A stretch of 64,000 bases of DNA. It comes from Candidatus Dojkabacteria bacterium. GTDB lineage: Bacteria > Patescibacteriota > Dojkabacteria > B142 > OLB20. This document shows positions 38,346-47,823 of this stretch, one piece after another (position 1 is the stretch's first letter; each line of letters starts with the position of its first letter). The stretch is taken from contig CP129475.1 in assembly GCA_030583785.1 (NCBI GenBank), forward strand, positions 223,559 through 287,558. Direction: 5' to 3'. A program made the translations under genes and the position numbers. The notes below the pieces were generated by a model. It was not told the DNA's origin, did no database searches, and worked only from the letters and a program-made list of their open reading frames with translations.

Positions 38346-39275
38346 ATGACAATAACCACATTCCTTAAAAGATCATTTAGCCAAACTTCAAAACAAATCA
38401 AAAGAAGTGGCTGGTTAGCCTGGGCATCTGTATTAGTAATGACTTTATCGCTATTCATTGCCTCCGTATTCACATTAATTGCCTATACATCAAATCTTTT
38501 CCTTCTGTCCATAGAGAATAAACCACATATTTATGTATTCTTTAATCCGGGAACGGTAGAGGAGAATATCGAAAAGTTAAACGACAGATTACTAGAACTT
38601 CCAGAAATTCAAAGTATTGAATACACAAACGAAGTCGGAGCCCTATCTGAATTCAAATCAGTTCAGATTAGAACTAATCCGCAAGTGGCCGACAAGATTC
38701 GAGAAAATGTCCTGCCAGCCAGCCTTGGAATAAGACTAGAAAGTATCAGCGATGCCGAAAGCATTATCAATCTTCTTGAAGAAGAGCAGAAAACCAATTC
38801 AGACATTTTTACAGTCAGGTTCAGCCAAGAAACAATCGATACAATTCGTTCCTTATTCCATGCGCTTCGCCTTGGCGGAAGCATTATTATGGGACTGCTG
38901 CTGATTGTAATTTTCTTCTTTACGCTGCTTACAGTCGAATTTCGTACCTTTAGTCGACAAGAAGAAATCGGAATCATGCAACTTGTCGGAGGAAGCGTCT
39001 GGTTTATCAGGGCTCCGTTTATTCTCGAAGGAGCAATATACGGAATGATCGGATCATTCATTTCTACAGGTCTGCTGTTTGGAATGGGATACTTGATTTT
39101 CGATGTGTATCGAGACAGTAGAGAAGTCACTTTCATTTTAAACTTCCTCGGAGGACTTCAATGGCCTAGCCTCTCAACAATCCATTATGTTGCAGGTTTT
39201 GCAATCATGATTGCTCTTGGGGCTGTTATAGGAGCGTTTAATAGTATTGTAGCAATTAAAAGATATATCAAATAA
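38346..39275 (+). CDS. ftsX: Cell-division permease FtsX.
   Basis: Four TM helices with a large extracytoplasmic loop. Immediately downstream of ftsE. Confidence 0.8.
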   Translation: MTITTFLKRSFSQTSKQIKRSGWLAWASVLVMTLSLFIASVFTLIAYTSNLFLLSIENKPHIYVFFNPGTVEENIEKLNDRLLELPEIQSIEYTNEVGALSEFKSVQIRTNPQVADKIRENVLPASLGIRLESISDAESIINLLEEEQKTNSDIFTVRFSQETIDTIRSLFHALRLGGSIIMGLLLIVIFFFTLLTVEFRTFSRQEEIGIMQLVGGSVWFIRAPFILEGAIYGMIGSFISTGLLFGMGYLIFDVYRDSREVTFILNFLGGLQWPSLSTIHYVAGFAIMIALGAVIGAFNSIVAIKRYIK

Positions 39276-39355
39276 TTCTATGTAACATGCATCGAAACTA
39301 GTTCGTATACATTATAAGTTGCATAAATTACTCAAAATTGCCTACAATAGAAATA

Positions 39356-40606
39356 ATGAATTATAGAAAGACACTAAAAACTATTGTCGTACTACTTTGC
39401 CTGTTATTGGTAGTCTCTTTTACTATTCCCACACCAGTAAATGCCTCGTTAGAAACTCAACTTGAAGAAATACAAAGAAAGCTCCAAGAAATTAAATCTC
39501 AAAAAAACTCTCTGCAGAAAGAAATTAATAACGAGCAAAATCTACAGAATCAATATGCGGCAGAACTTAATAAGCTCAGAGCACAGATTGATATGCTTAA
39601 TGCCGAAATTCAAGAAAAAGAACTCACAATCAAAGAGCTTGAGTTACAGATCCAGCTTCTTGAAGAAAACATTACACAAACAAAAGAAACAATCATTAAG
39701 ACAGAAACAGAAGTTAACAGTCTTCAATTAGAAACTGACGGTAGACTTGTAGACATGTATATCTCCCAAAAAATGAACAGCAGGTTGGATATCTTTGTTG
39801 CAGCCGAAGGTACAGATTTAATTAAACTAGACCTTTACCAAACAGCAATTCAGCAGCAAACGAACAATATGCTTGCCGAACTTGACATCAAAAAACAAAA
39901 ACTTGAGGCAGAAAAGGAGAAGCTTGAAGAGGATAAAATTCAAATCGAAAGAGATGAAGTGCAAATTGCAGAACAAAAAAGAGCATTAGAAAAAAATAAA
40001 GAAGATATTGATTTACAAAGAGCTGTATACTACCGAAAGAGAAACGAAAGTCTGGCAAAAATTGATCAAACACAAGATGCCCTTAGCGTAATAACTCAAG
40101 AAGAACAAGTTGCGATTGCAGAATCACGCAGACTCGAACAACTAGTTTTCGACAGGGTAAATTCAATACCAAACGGAGCCTATGTTACTAAGGGAACAAT
40201 AATTGGACAACAGGGTTGTACTGGTTATTGCACCGGACCACATCTTCACTTTGCGGTCAAGAATAACGGTGTTTATACAAATCCTTGCAATGTAATCCCA
40301 AGTGGTCATATTCCAGGTTGTGGTTCGAGTACGCCTCTAACTGGATTTCCAATGCAAGGTTCCTATGTATTTACTAGTGGTTACGGTTGGAGATGGGGTA
40401 GTTTTCACTATGGAATAGATATTGCCAACTACAACACGAATGCACCTATCTATGCTGCTCACGATGGCTATATGCTTTCCGGTTTTGAACCATGCAACAC
40501 ATCAAACCCCCTCTGTAAAAACGGGGGCGCTAATTACAGAATCATCTGTCAAAACAAGACGAACTGCAACAATGGTCTTAAAACCATGTACTGGCATCTA
40601 AAATAA
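39356..40606 (+). CDS. EnvC-like coiled-coil M23 (LytM) peptidase-domain protein. The M23 domain appears circularly permuted.
   Basis: Signal peptide and a long coiled coil, followed by GTIIGQQGCTGYCTGPHLHFAV, which is the usual C-terminal M23 HxH block. That is followed by GYGWRWGSFHYGIDIA...AAHDGYM...TMYWHLK, the usual N-terminal HxxxD block and central Y.HL block. The protein ends at YWHLK. Confidence 0.65.
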   Translation: MNYRKTLKTIVVLLCLLLVVSFTIPTPVNASLETQLEEIQRKLQEIKSQKNSLQKEINNEQNLQNQYAAELNKLRAQIDMLNAEIQEKELTIKELELQIQLLEENITQTKETIIKTETEVNSLQLETDGRLVDMYISQKMNSRLDIFVAAEGTDLIKLDLYQTAIQQQTNNMLAELDIKKQKLEAEKEKLEEDKIQIERDEVQIAEQKRALEKNKEDIDLQRAVYYRKRNESLAKIDQTQDALSVITQEEQVAIAESRRLEQLVFDRVNSIPNGAYVTKGTIIGQQGCTGYCTGPHLHFAVKNNGVYTNPCNVIPSGHIPGCGSSTPLTGFPMQGSYVFTSGYGWRWGSFHYGIDIANYNTNAPIYAAHDGYMLSGFEPCNTSNPLCKNGGANYRIICQNKTNCNNGLKTMYWHLK

Positions 40607-40656
40607 ACTCCTCAGTCTTAAGAATCAATTAAGAAGAATACCTGATAATTCATATA

Positions 40657-41640
40657 TTGAATATTATTCTTAATTTGATGAAGATAACACTCACACTACT
40701 CATTTTTCTAAGTCTTATTGTGCTACTACCTGTTAAGGCAGCAGATAATAACAGTCTAATCATCAACGAAATAATGCCGGACCCAGATGGCAACGATAGC
40801 ACAGGGGAATGGATCGAAATTTTTAATCCTAGTCAAAACACAGTCGATCTTGCAAGTTGGAAGCTTGGTAACACCAACTTGCCCTCATTACAGGTCCATT
40901 CGCAAGAATATATATTACTTGCGAGAAACGCAGATTTTATTTCTAACCAATTCCCAGATACTAAAGTTGTTCAGGTAGCATTTTCTTTAGCGAACTCCGG
41001 AGGTCAGATTGCTATTTATGGTCCAGATGATACCTTTAACGAATTCCATTATTCTCAAGCAACAAGCGGGGTTAGTTTTGAAAAGCATAGTGGATCATGT
41101 AACACGATTTCTAAACATGCACATTCACACACTGCTGGTTTACAAAACACCTCTTGTGAGCAAGAATCTGAAGATCCGTCAGTAAACAATGAAGCGAAAG
41201 TAATTACTAATGCTTATATCCACAAATTAATGGCTCAACCTGTTGGTGAAAGTGAATGGATAGAGCTATTTAATGACTCAAGCGAATCTGTAGACTTTAA
41301 AGGTTGGTACTTCGTTGATGCGGCCGGAGGCAAAGCGATTATTGGCAACTACTCGGCCGCAGCAAAGTCAATCATTAGGATTCCAAGTGGTGTATCGCTA
41401 AACAATAACGAAGACACAATTTATTTGTATGATCCGCATAATAACCTACGAGATGTTTTTAGTTATAAAGGAAGTCTTAAAGGTGTACCTATCGGAACAA
41501 GCAGTCTAGTCGAAAGTATTGAACTTGAAACAATAGAAGCAGTAGAGCAAAAAGTAGTAACAGCTGATTTACCGAATGTAAATATACCTGATATTGAACC
41601 GAAGTTAAAAATGGTTCAACTTTTCAAGGCTAGTTACTAA
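40657..41640 (+). CDS. Secreted protein with two lamin-tail domains (LTD).
   Basis: Signal peptide. LIINEIMPDPDGNDSTGEWIEIFNPSQNTVDLASWKL, and a second copy (GESEWIELFNDSSESVDFKGWYF), match the LTD pattern. Confidence 0.6.
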   Translation: MNIILNLMKITLTLLIFLSLIVLLPVKAADNNSLIINEIMPDPDGNDSTGEWIEIFNPSQNTVDLASWKLGNTNLPSLQVHSQEYILLARNADFISNQFPDTKVVQVAFSLANSGGQIAIYGPDDTFNEFHYSQATSGVSFEKHSGSCNTISKHAHSHTAGLQNTSCEQESEDPSVNNEAKVITNAYIHKLMAQPVGESEWIELFNDSSESVDFKGWYFVDAAGGKAIIGNYSAAAKSIIRIPSGVSLNNNEDTIYLYDPHNNLRDVFSYKGSLKGVPIGTSSLVESIELETIEAVEQKVVTADLPNVNIPDIEPKLKMVQLFKASY

Positions 41641-42466
41641 GTTTATGTATGTCAACTGCATCTGCAATGACAACATCTGATATCTGAGTCCTTCGTAATT
41701 CTACAAGCACTGCAGGTAAACCCAGACTAGCACCTATGTCCTCAGCTAATTGCCTGATATAAGTGCCCTTAGAGCAATGCACTACTATGTCCATTACAGT
41801 AGCAATCTTGGGCAATTGCTCGGATTTAGTAAAATATCTTGCGATTTCTGATTTCTTAAGTAATTCAACGTTCTTTAGCTCGATGCCAAAAATATTAATC
41901 TTCTTGCGGGGGACTTCTACTTCAAATTCATGCAGATTTGGATTTTCTTCTTTGGGAGAAAATTTAATAACTTTTTTTTTGTCAAAATAATCAATCCGAG
42001 AACTATAACGATTATCTCGCATCAAAACTCGCAATTTTTTTCCTGACACCTTAACCGAGCTATAAACTGACACAAACTGATCCTGAACTCCTACAAATTT
42101 TTGCAATACTGTTTGGCAATCAGCTTCGGCAACCTCTGTATCGTCCACTTGTTTAATAACAACACCTTCGGTATCTTGTGTATCTGTTGACATCCCAAGG
42201 AGAATTCTTGCTTGATAGCTCTTATTAGCAGCTAATAAGCTATCGGCTTTTTTTGTATCTTTGCCGATGAGAATTAATAATAATCCAGAAGCAAATGTAT
42301 CAAGAGCTCCTGCATGTCCAACTTTTCTAGTTCCTAATTCTTTCCTAACCATATCAACCATGTCATGAGATGATTTCCCGACGGGCTTGTCAACAGCAAT
42401 AATACCGCTAGGCCTGCCGTACTCATCTCGCGTAATTTTGTTTATAATTTGTTTAATCATACACAA
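41630..42466 (-). CDS. truB: tRNA pseudouridine(55) synthase.
   Basis: GIIAVDKPVGKSSHDMVDMVRK...GHAGALDTFASGLLLILIG, with the catalytic Asp in HAGTLD-like context. Confidence 0.9.
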   Translation of the reverse strand: MCMIKQIINKITRDEYGRPSGIIAVDKPVGKSSHDMVDMVRKELGTRKVGHAGALDTFASGLLLILIGKDTKKADSLLAANKSYQARILLGMSTDTQDTEGVVIKQVDDTEVAEADCQTVLQKFVGVQDQFVSVYSSVKVSGKKLRVLMRDNRYSSRIDYFDKKKVIKFSPKEENPNLHEFEVEVPRKKINIFGIELKNVELLKKSEIARYFTKSEQLPKIATVMDIVVHCSKGTYIRQLAEDIGASLGLPAVLVELRRTQISDVVIADAVDIHKLSN

Positions 42467-42487
42467 GCTGATTCTAACAGATATTAG

Positions 42488-43042
42488 ATGCCTTTATTAA
42501 ATACTCAAAACCAAAGCCTGGGATTTATCGCCAAAGATTTTATGCTCTCTTCAAGCCTTGGAGACTTTTTTCTCTTGAGTGACTTTTTAAACAAACAAGC
42601 TCTTCTGATTGTTTTCATCTCACAATCAGATGCTAATTCTCTTGTTTTCTGGCCTTATTTGATAGACTTATACGAAAAGTATTCATCCGATCTCAATCTT
42701 ATTGCTGTCAATTCCAACGATCCCATCAAATCTCCATCAGATCATATAGATTCATTAAGAAAATTTACGCTAGAGAACAGTTTAAAATTTCCATATCTTG
42801 TCGATTCAGACCAAACATGTGCGCTTAGCTACAATGCCCAATACAATCCAGAAAACTTTCTATTTCGTATAAAACAAACTAGAGCAGAGCTGTTCTTTAA
42901 AGGAAATGCAGTAGATAACATTCCTGAACCATTCAATTCACAAGTTCACTATCTTAGAAACGAAATTGACCAACTGCTTAGTGGTAAAGAGCCGATTAAT
43001 AAAAAACAAAACATAACGGGAACTAGAATAGTTTGGAAATAG
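42488..43042 (+). CDS. Thioredoxin-fold (AhpC/TSA-like) protein lacking the peroxidatic cysteine.
   Basis: Overall peroxiredoxin-like pattern (..ALLIVFISQSD..IAVNSNDP..FPYLVDSD..). The canonical TPVC motif is replaced by SQSD. Confidence 0.3.
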   Translation: MPLLNTQNQSLGFIAKDFMLSSSLGDFFLLSDFLNKQALLIVFISQSDANSLVFWPYLIDLYEKYSSDLNLIAVNSNDPIKSPSDHIDSLRKFTLENSLKFPYLVDSDQTCALSYNAQYNPENFLFRIKQTRAELFFKGNAVDNIPEPFNSQVHYLRNEIDQLLSGKEPINKKQNITGTRIVWK

Positions 43043-43075
43043 TGACTTATCTTAATTTTTGAGTTAAATTTAATT

Positions 43076-44020
43076 ATGGAGATCATGTCGAGTCTGACAA
43101 TATTTGCAGGAATGCTTGTACTTGTTGCCGCAAGTGGTTTATTTGTATACGCACTTACCAACATCTGCAGAATACTTGGCTTAAAGGAGTACTTAATTGT
43201 TGTTCTTTTTCTTGGTTTTGCAACTGTTCTTCCTGAACTATTTATTGCGCTTAATGCAGTCAGTCAATCTGCACCAGAACTGGCGTTCGGCAACGCACTT
43301 GGAACATCAATAGCTAGTCTGTCATTTATTGCAGGAATAATTGCCATATTCTCAAGGTCATTTAAAACCAATACTTTCTTTCAATCCAAGGACCTGGTTC
43401 ATCTGACTATTTCTGTTGTGCTACTAATAATTCTTGCTTCAGATGGAAATCTTTCAAGAGTAGATGGGGTGTTATTACTTATTGCTTTCGTCTACTACAT
43501 TATTAATATTCTGCAGTACAAATCAGTACTCAAGCTTAAATCCTCCGAGCCCAAGCACAGCTTGCTCTTTCACTTGGTGATTATTGTGCTCTGCTTAATT
43601 GCCATGCAGCTTTCTGCACAAAGCATTGTTACAGCTGGTTTAGAACTATCGCTTGCCTCGGCGCTTCCATTATTTCTTATTGCCACAGTATTAATTGCGC
43701 CTCTTGGGGCAGTTCCTGAACTAATAGTAGAACTGGAACTAATCAGATCCAAGATGAGTAATATCAGTTTTGGCGATTTATTCACATCGGTTATTCTAAA
43801 CAGCACACTTGTAATTGGTCTAGTTGCAATGCTTTCACCATTCACCTTTACTTTTAGTCCTATTGCGCAGTTTAGCTCTCTTTTCTTCGTAGTATTATTA
43901 CTGGTGTTCAACTTCTTTATCAGAAGTAAGAATGAACTTGACTGGAAAGAAGGTTTGTTTCTTCTGTTCGGTTACTTTTTCTACATCGTCTCTATGTTTA
44001 TTGTCTTTGGTGCAAGCTAG
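43076..44020 (+). CDS. CaCA-family cation/Ca2+ exchanger-like membrane protein (YrbG-like).
   Basis: ~10 TM helices with two internal repeats containing GFATVLPELFIA and GNALGTSIASL-like alpha-repeat motifs. Confidence 0.5.
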   Translation: MEIMSSLTIFAGMLVLVAASGLFVYALTNICRILGLKEYLIVVLFLGFATVLPELFIALNAVSQSAPELAFGNALGTSIASLSFIAGIIAIFSRSFKTNTFFQSKDLVHLTISVVLLIILASDGNLSRVDGVLLLIAFVYYIINILQYKSVLKLKSSEPKHSLLFHLVIIVLCLIAMQLSAQSIVTAGLELSLASALPLFLIATVLIAPLGAVPELIVELELIRSKMSNISFGDLFTSVILNSTLVIGLVAMLSPFTFTFSPIAQFSSLFFVVLLLVFNFFIRSKNELDWKEGLFLLFGYFFYIVSMFIVFGAS

Positions 44021-44670
44021 AGAATATTTGCGCTAGGACAGTTGTTGGCCAAAGGACAAGCATTGCATCTTGGATTCCTTGCCGTACATATTTTTCTACC
44101 GTGATGTATTAGAAGTGTAGAGTATCTCTCCCAGTCTTTTTGTGGAATTAATTTCATCAGTTCAGCTTCGATCTTAACAGGATCATTTTGCTTGCTTAAG
44201 CCAAGTCTTGCTGAGATTCTTTTTACATGAGTATCGACGACAATTCCTTGATTCTTTTTGTACCAAATTGAGAGAACAACATTCGCCGTTTTTCTGCCCA
44301 CACCAGAAAGTTTGACAAGCTCGTGCAATGTATCTGGGACTTGACCGCCGTGAATTTGAATGATCTGTTCAGCTGCCTTCTTAATGTTGCGGGCTTTATT
44401 TCTATAGAATCCGGTAGAATGAATGTATTTCTCTAACGCTTCAATAGAAAGTTTTTGAATATCGTTAACTGTTGGGTGATCTTTGAATAGCTCTTTTGTG
44501 GCGATGTTCACCCGTGCATCTGTGCACTGAGCCGAAAGAATTGTTGCCAACAAAAGCTGCCAGGCACTATCGTGTCTGAGAGCGCAATCAGCATTTGGAT
44601 ATTCACTTTTTAAGACTTTTATTATTTTATCTTCTCGATTCATGTTGGTATTATAATCTGACATAGTCAT
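44017..44670 (-). CDS. nth: Endonuclease III.
   Basis: HhH-GPD LVKLSGVGRKTANVVL, catalytic K/D, C-terminal 4Fe-4S motif CTARNPRCNACPLANNC. Confidence 0.9.
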   Translation of the reverse strand: MTMSDYNTNMNREDKIIKVLKSEYPNADCALRHDSAWQLLLATILSAQCTDARVNIATKELFKDHPTVNDIQKLSIEALEKYIHSTGFYRNKARNIKKAAEQIIQIHGGQVPDTLHELVKLSGVGRKTANVVLSIWYKKNQGIVVDTHVKRISARLGLSKQNDPVKIEAELMKLIPQKDWERYSTLLIHHGRKICTARNPRCNACPLANNCPSANIL

Positions 44671-44677
44671 TCATCTA

Positions 44678-46126
44678 TTGAACTTTTCGCAACTTCGCAA
44701 CCATGACTGGTTAATGACGCTGATAATAGTCGTCTTACTTAGTCTTGGGGTTATAACAATTTTTTCTACTACCTTGAACTCGGTTTCAGAGGCTCAAGGG
44801 GCAGGCACACTTCCTAAACAACTGATCTTTGTTGTTGTTGGGTTAATTGTATACTTTTTCATTTCTACAATCCAAATAAGCTGGTTACAAACTCAATTCT
44901 TTCAGGTAATTGTTTACCTTTTTATTATCTTTAGTTTAGTTTTAGTTCTACTAGTAGGTCAAAATATCGCAGGTACAAATCGTTGGATCGATATTGGTTT
45001 CTTCTCATTTCAACCTTCGGAGTATGCAAAGATCGCACTAATAATTATCACAGCAGGTATCTTTACTAACGACGATACCAAACTTTCACCAAATTCTGGA
45101 ATTAAACTTACTAGATCAAAACATAAACAGGCTAGCGGAATAGACGGCAAGTTAAACTGGCTCAAGTATGATCACGCACATATCTGGAAACTGATAATTA
45201 GTGTACTAACTTCTATCCCACTTATTTTTTTGACATTAATTCAGCCCTCTCTTGGTAACGCTGTCATCATAAGTCTAATTTGGCTTATTATCGTGTTTAG
45301 CTTGTTTCCAAATCAAAAAAGATTAATGCAGGTAATAGTGTTGCTTGGATCTTTTCTATTAATTATCAGCGAACTATTTACCATATCTAGGGATGCATAT
45401 ACCCTAAGTATGAACTTTACTCCCGAAACGATTGACTTGTTCACCCTGGCAGTTGGTATATCTGGGATATTAATTGTAAGCTTCGTTGGTAGAATCAAGA
45501 TTCAATTTTTACTGTTATTGCCACTCATCTCACTTACACTCCTGTTTGCAACTGTGACGGTATGGAATACCCAAATAACGAATTATCAAAAAGATCGTAT
45601 CGATGTTTTTCTTAGTGGACCAGAATCTGATCCGTACGACGGCGGGTATCAAGTCAGACAGTCAAAAATTGCCATAGGTTCAGGAAGGCTTATGGGGAGA
45701 GGATTCCTAGAAGGCACGCAAAGTAGTCTGAATGTTTTAACTCAGTCGCATACCGACTTCATTTTTGCGGCAATGAGTGAGCAATTTGGCTTTGTTGGAT
45801 CTTCGATCTTGCTGTTATTGTACATAATCCTTATTATAAGAATCTTAAAAATTGGATTTTCATCGTCCACATCCTTTGGAAGAGTTGTGGCTCTTGGCAT
45901 TGCAACTATGATACTTTTGCATATCTTTATTAATGTAGGTATGAACCTCGGGCAGTTGCCCGTCACAGGTATTCCGCTACCCCTGGTTAGCTATGGGGGC
46001 AACTCCGTTTTGGTCAATCTTATTTCTCTTGGTATTGTTCAATCAATTGCCGGAAGCAAAAGGGCTGTTGACATATCGGATAGTTTGATGTTAAGATCTC
46101 AGAGCCGACTTTATCAGCAAAATTAA
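44678..46126 (+). CDS. rodA: SEDS-family peptidoglycan glycosyltransferase (RodA-like), with an internal insertion.
   Basis: GYQVRQSKIAIGSGRLMGRGFLEGTQS...HTDFIFAAMSEQFGFVG and PLPLVSYGGNS are SEDS motifs. At 482 aa it is longer than typical. Confidence 0.7.
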   Translation: MNFSQLRNHDWLMTLIIVVLLSLGVITIFSTTLNSVSEAQGAGTLPKQLIFVVVGLIVYFFISTIQISWLQTQFFQVIVYLFIIFSLVLVLLVGQNIAGTNRWIDIGFFSFQPSEYAKIALIIITAGIFTNDDTKLSPNSGIKLTRSKHKQASGIDGKLNWLKYDHAHIWKLIISVLTSIPLIFLTLIQPSLGNAVIISLIWLIIVFSLFPNQKRLMQVIVLLGSFLLIISELFTISRDAYTLSMNFTPETIDLFTLAVGISGILIVSFVGRIKIQFLLLLPLISLTLLFATVTVWNTQITNYQKDRIDVFLSGPESDPYDGGYQVRQSKIAIGSGRLMGRGFLEGTQSSLNVLTQSHTDFIFAAMSEQFGFVGSSILLLLYIILIIRILKIGFSSSTSFGRVVALGIATMILLHIFINVGMNLGQLPVTGIPLPLVSYGGNSVLVNLISLGIVQSIAGSKRAVDISDSLMLRSQSRLYQQN

Positions 46127-46449
46127 TGAAAAAATCAGACAAATTCGCAGTAATTAAAATTAACAACGCCCAGTTCAAGGTAGAAGAGGGTTCCGTTGTT
46201 GAAACCAATAGACTTGCAGGAAACGAAGGTGATAAAATGGACATCACAGAGGTGCTATTGCTATCAGACTCAGGCAAAGTATCTGTAGGAACACCTTATG
46301 TAGAAAAAGCTACTGTTAAAGCCGAAATTGTTGAACATATTCGTGGTGAAAAAATCCGCATGATGACATACAAAGCTAAGGCAAGATCCAGAAGAAGAGT
46401 AGGTCATAGACAAGAACTAACAAAAGTTAAAATTACAAAAATAAGTTAA
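46126..46449 (+). CDS. rplU: 50S ribosomal protein L21.
   Basis: FAVIKINNAQFKVEEGSVVETNRL... L21 pattern. ATGA overlap with rodA. Confidence 0.9.
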   Translation: MKKSDKFAVIKINNAQFKVEEGSVVETNRLAGNEGDKMDITEVLLLSDSGKVSVGTPYVEKATVKAEIVEHIRGEKIRMMTYKAKARSRRRVGHRQELTKVKITKIS

Positions 46450-46453
46450 TCAC

Positions 46454-46717
46454 ATGGCACATACAAAGTCACAAGGAGCAGCAAAAAGAACAGTTAATAT
46501 TGCCGGTAAAAGAATTGGAGTCAAAAGATTTGCAGGTCAAAAGGTTACCAGTGGTAGCATTATTATCAGACAAAGAGGTAGTCAATTTCATCCAGGCAAA
46601 AATACACAGATGGGAAAAGACTTCACTATCTTTGCAACTTCTGACGGAGTAGTTAGCTTCAGGCAAATGACAGGCTCACACAGAGGTCAAAAATTCGTAG
46701 ACATTCTTCCTGAATAG
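46454..46717 (+). CDS. rpmA: 50S ribosomal protein L27.
   Basis: MAHTKSQGAAKRTVNIAGKRIGVKRFAGQKV...RQRGSQFHPGKN. Confidence 0.9.
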   Translation: MAHTKSQGAAKRTVNIAGKRIGVKRFAGQKVTSGSIIIRQRGSQFHPGKNTQMGKDFTIFATSDGVVSFRQMTGSHRGQKFVDILPE

Positions 46718-46776
46718 CAAGCCTTTTTCAAATACTCTTAACTAGATTATAATCCTTTCATAGGTATTAGAATTAC

Positions 46777-47220
46777 ATGAAATTCCTTATCCAAAGAGTT
46801 ATTGAAGCTTCTGTAGAAGTCAATAGTAAAAAGATTGCCAAAATCAATCAAGGACTTCTCGTTTATGTTGGAATCGAACGCACTGACACAATAGATGATG
46901 CGAAGTTTCTTCTTGATCGAGTTCAGAAACTCAAGCTATTCTCAGATAAAAACAATAAATTCGCCTATACACTTACAGATATCAAAGGCTCATTACTTAT
47001 TGTTCCGCAATTTACTTTAAATGGGGACATTCGCAAGGGTTCTAAACCAGACTTTTTTAAAGCCATGAATCCGGATTCAGCAGAGATTTTATTCACTCAG
47101 ATCAAAGATATACTTCTAGAGTCCGAATATTCAGCCAGTTTTGGTATATTTAGAAGTTATATGCATGTTAAATCATTGAATGACGGTCCTGTAACTTTTA
47201 TACTAGACTCAAGATCATAA
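46777..47220 (+). CDS. dtd: D-aminoacyl-tRNA deacylase.
   Basis: MKFLIQRV...VPQFTLNGD...NDGPVTFILDS. Typical Dtd length and motifs. Confidence 0.85.
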   Translation: MKFLIQRVIEASVEVNSKKIAKINQGLLVYVGIERTDTIDDAKFLLDRVQKLKLFSDKNNKFAYTLTDIKGSLLIVPQFTLNGDIRKGSKPDFFKAMNPDSAEILFTQIKDILLESEYSASFGIFRSYMHVKSLNDGPVTFILDSRS

Positions 47221-47226
47221 ATATAT

Positions 47227-47823
47227 ATGGAAAATTCAGGATACACTTTAATCGCAGGACTTGGAAACATCGGAGAAAAATTTCACCATACCAGACACAA
47301 CCTTGGTTTTAATCTAGTAGATTTCATTGCTAACCAGCTCGATCTTCTTGACTACCAACACAGAATCAAAGAGACAGATACATACTGGGCTCTTGTTATT
47401 CCTGAGATAAAAATCATTCTAACTAAACCTAAAACAATGATGAACTTATCTGGCAAAGCTATCAGGCAACTTAAAAGTGAGTACGGAATCAACAATACAG
47501 ATATATATATTGCTTACGATGACCTAGACATATCTCTTGGTAAATTCAAGATTCAATACTCCAAATCTCCCAAAAAACATAATGGAGTGGAATCAATTAT
47601 CAAAGAAGGTATCGGCAAGGATTTTAATCACATCAGAATCGGCAGCGACAACAGAATATCTCGGCTAATCCCCGGGATTAAATATGTCTTGAGTAAATTA
47701 ACAACCGAAGAAAGAAATCAAGTCGAGCAAATCTTTCCAGAAATTCTATTAGAGCTTATTGCCAGAATTAACTTAAAGCTGCCTGGCTTTTCTGTTCCGA
47801 AACGCTTGCCTCTGGCTGCTTAA
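47227..47823 (+). CDS. pth: Peptidyl-tRNA hydrolase.
   Basis: LIAGLGNIGEKFHHTRHNLGF N-terminal motif with the catalytic His. Confidence 0.9.
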   Translation: MENSGYTLIAGLGNIGEKFHHTRHNLGFNLVDFIANQLDLLDYQHRIKETDTYWALVIPEIKIILTKPKTMMNLSGKAIRQLKSEYGINNTDIYIAYDDLDISLGKFKIQYSKSPKKHNGVESIIKEGIGKDFNHIRIGSDNRISRLIPGIKYVLSKLTTEERNQVEQIFPEILLELIARINLKLPGFSVPKRLPLAA

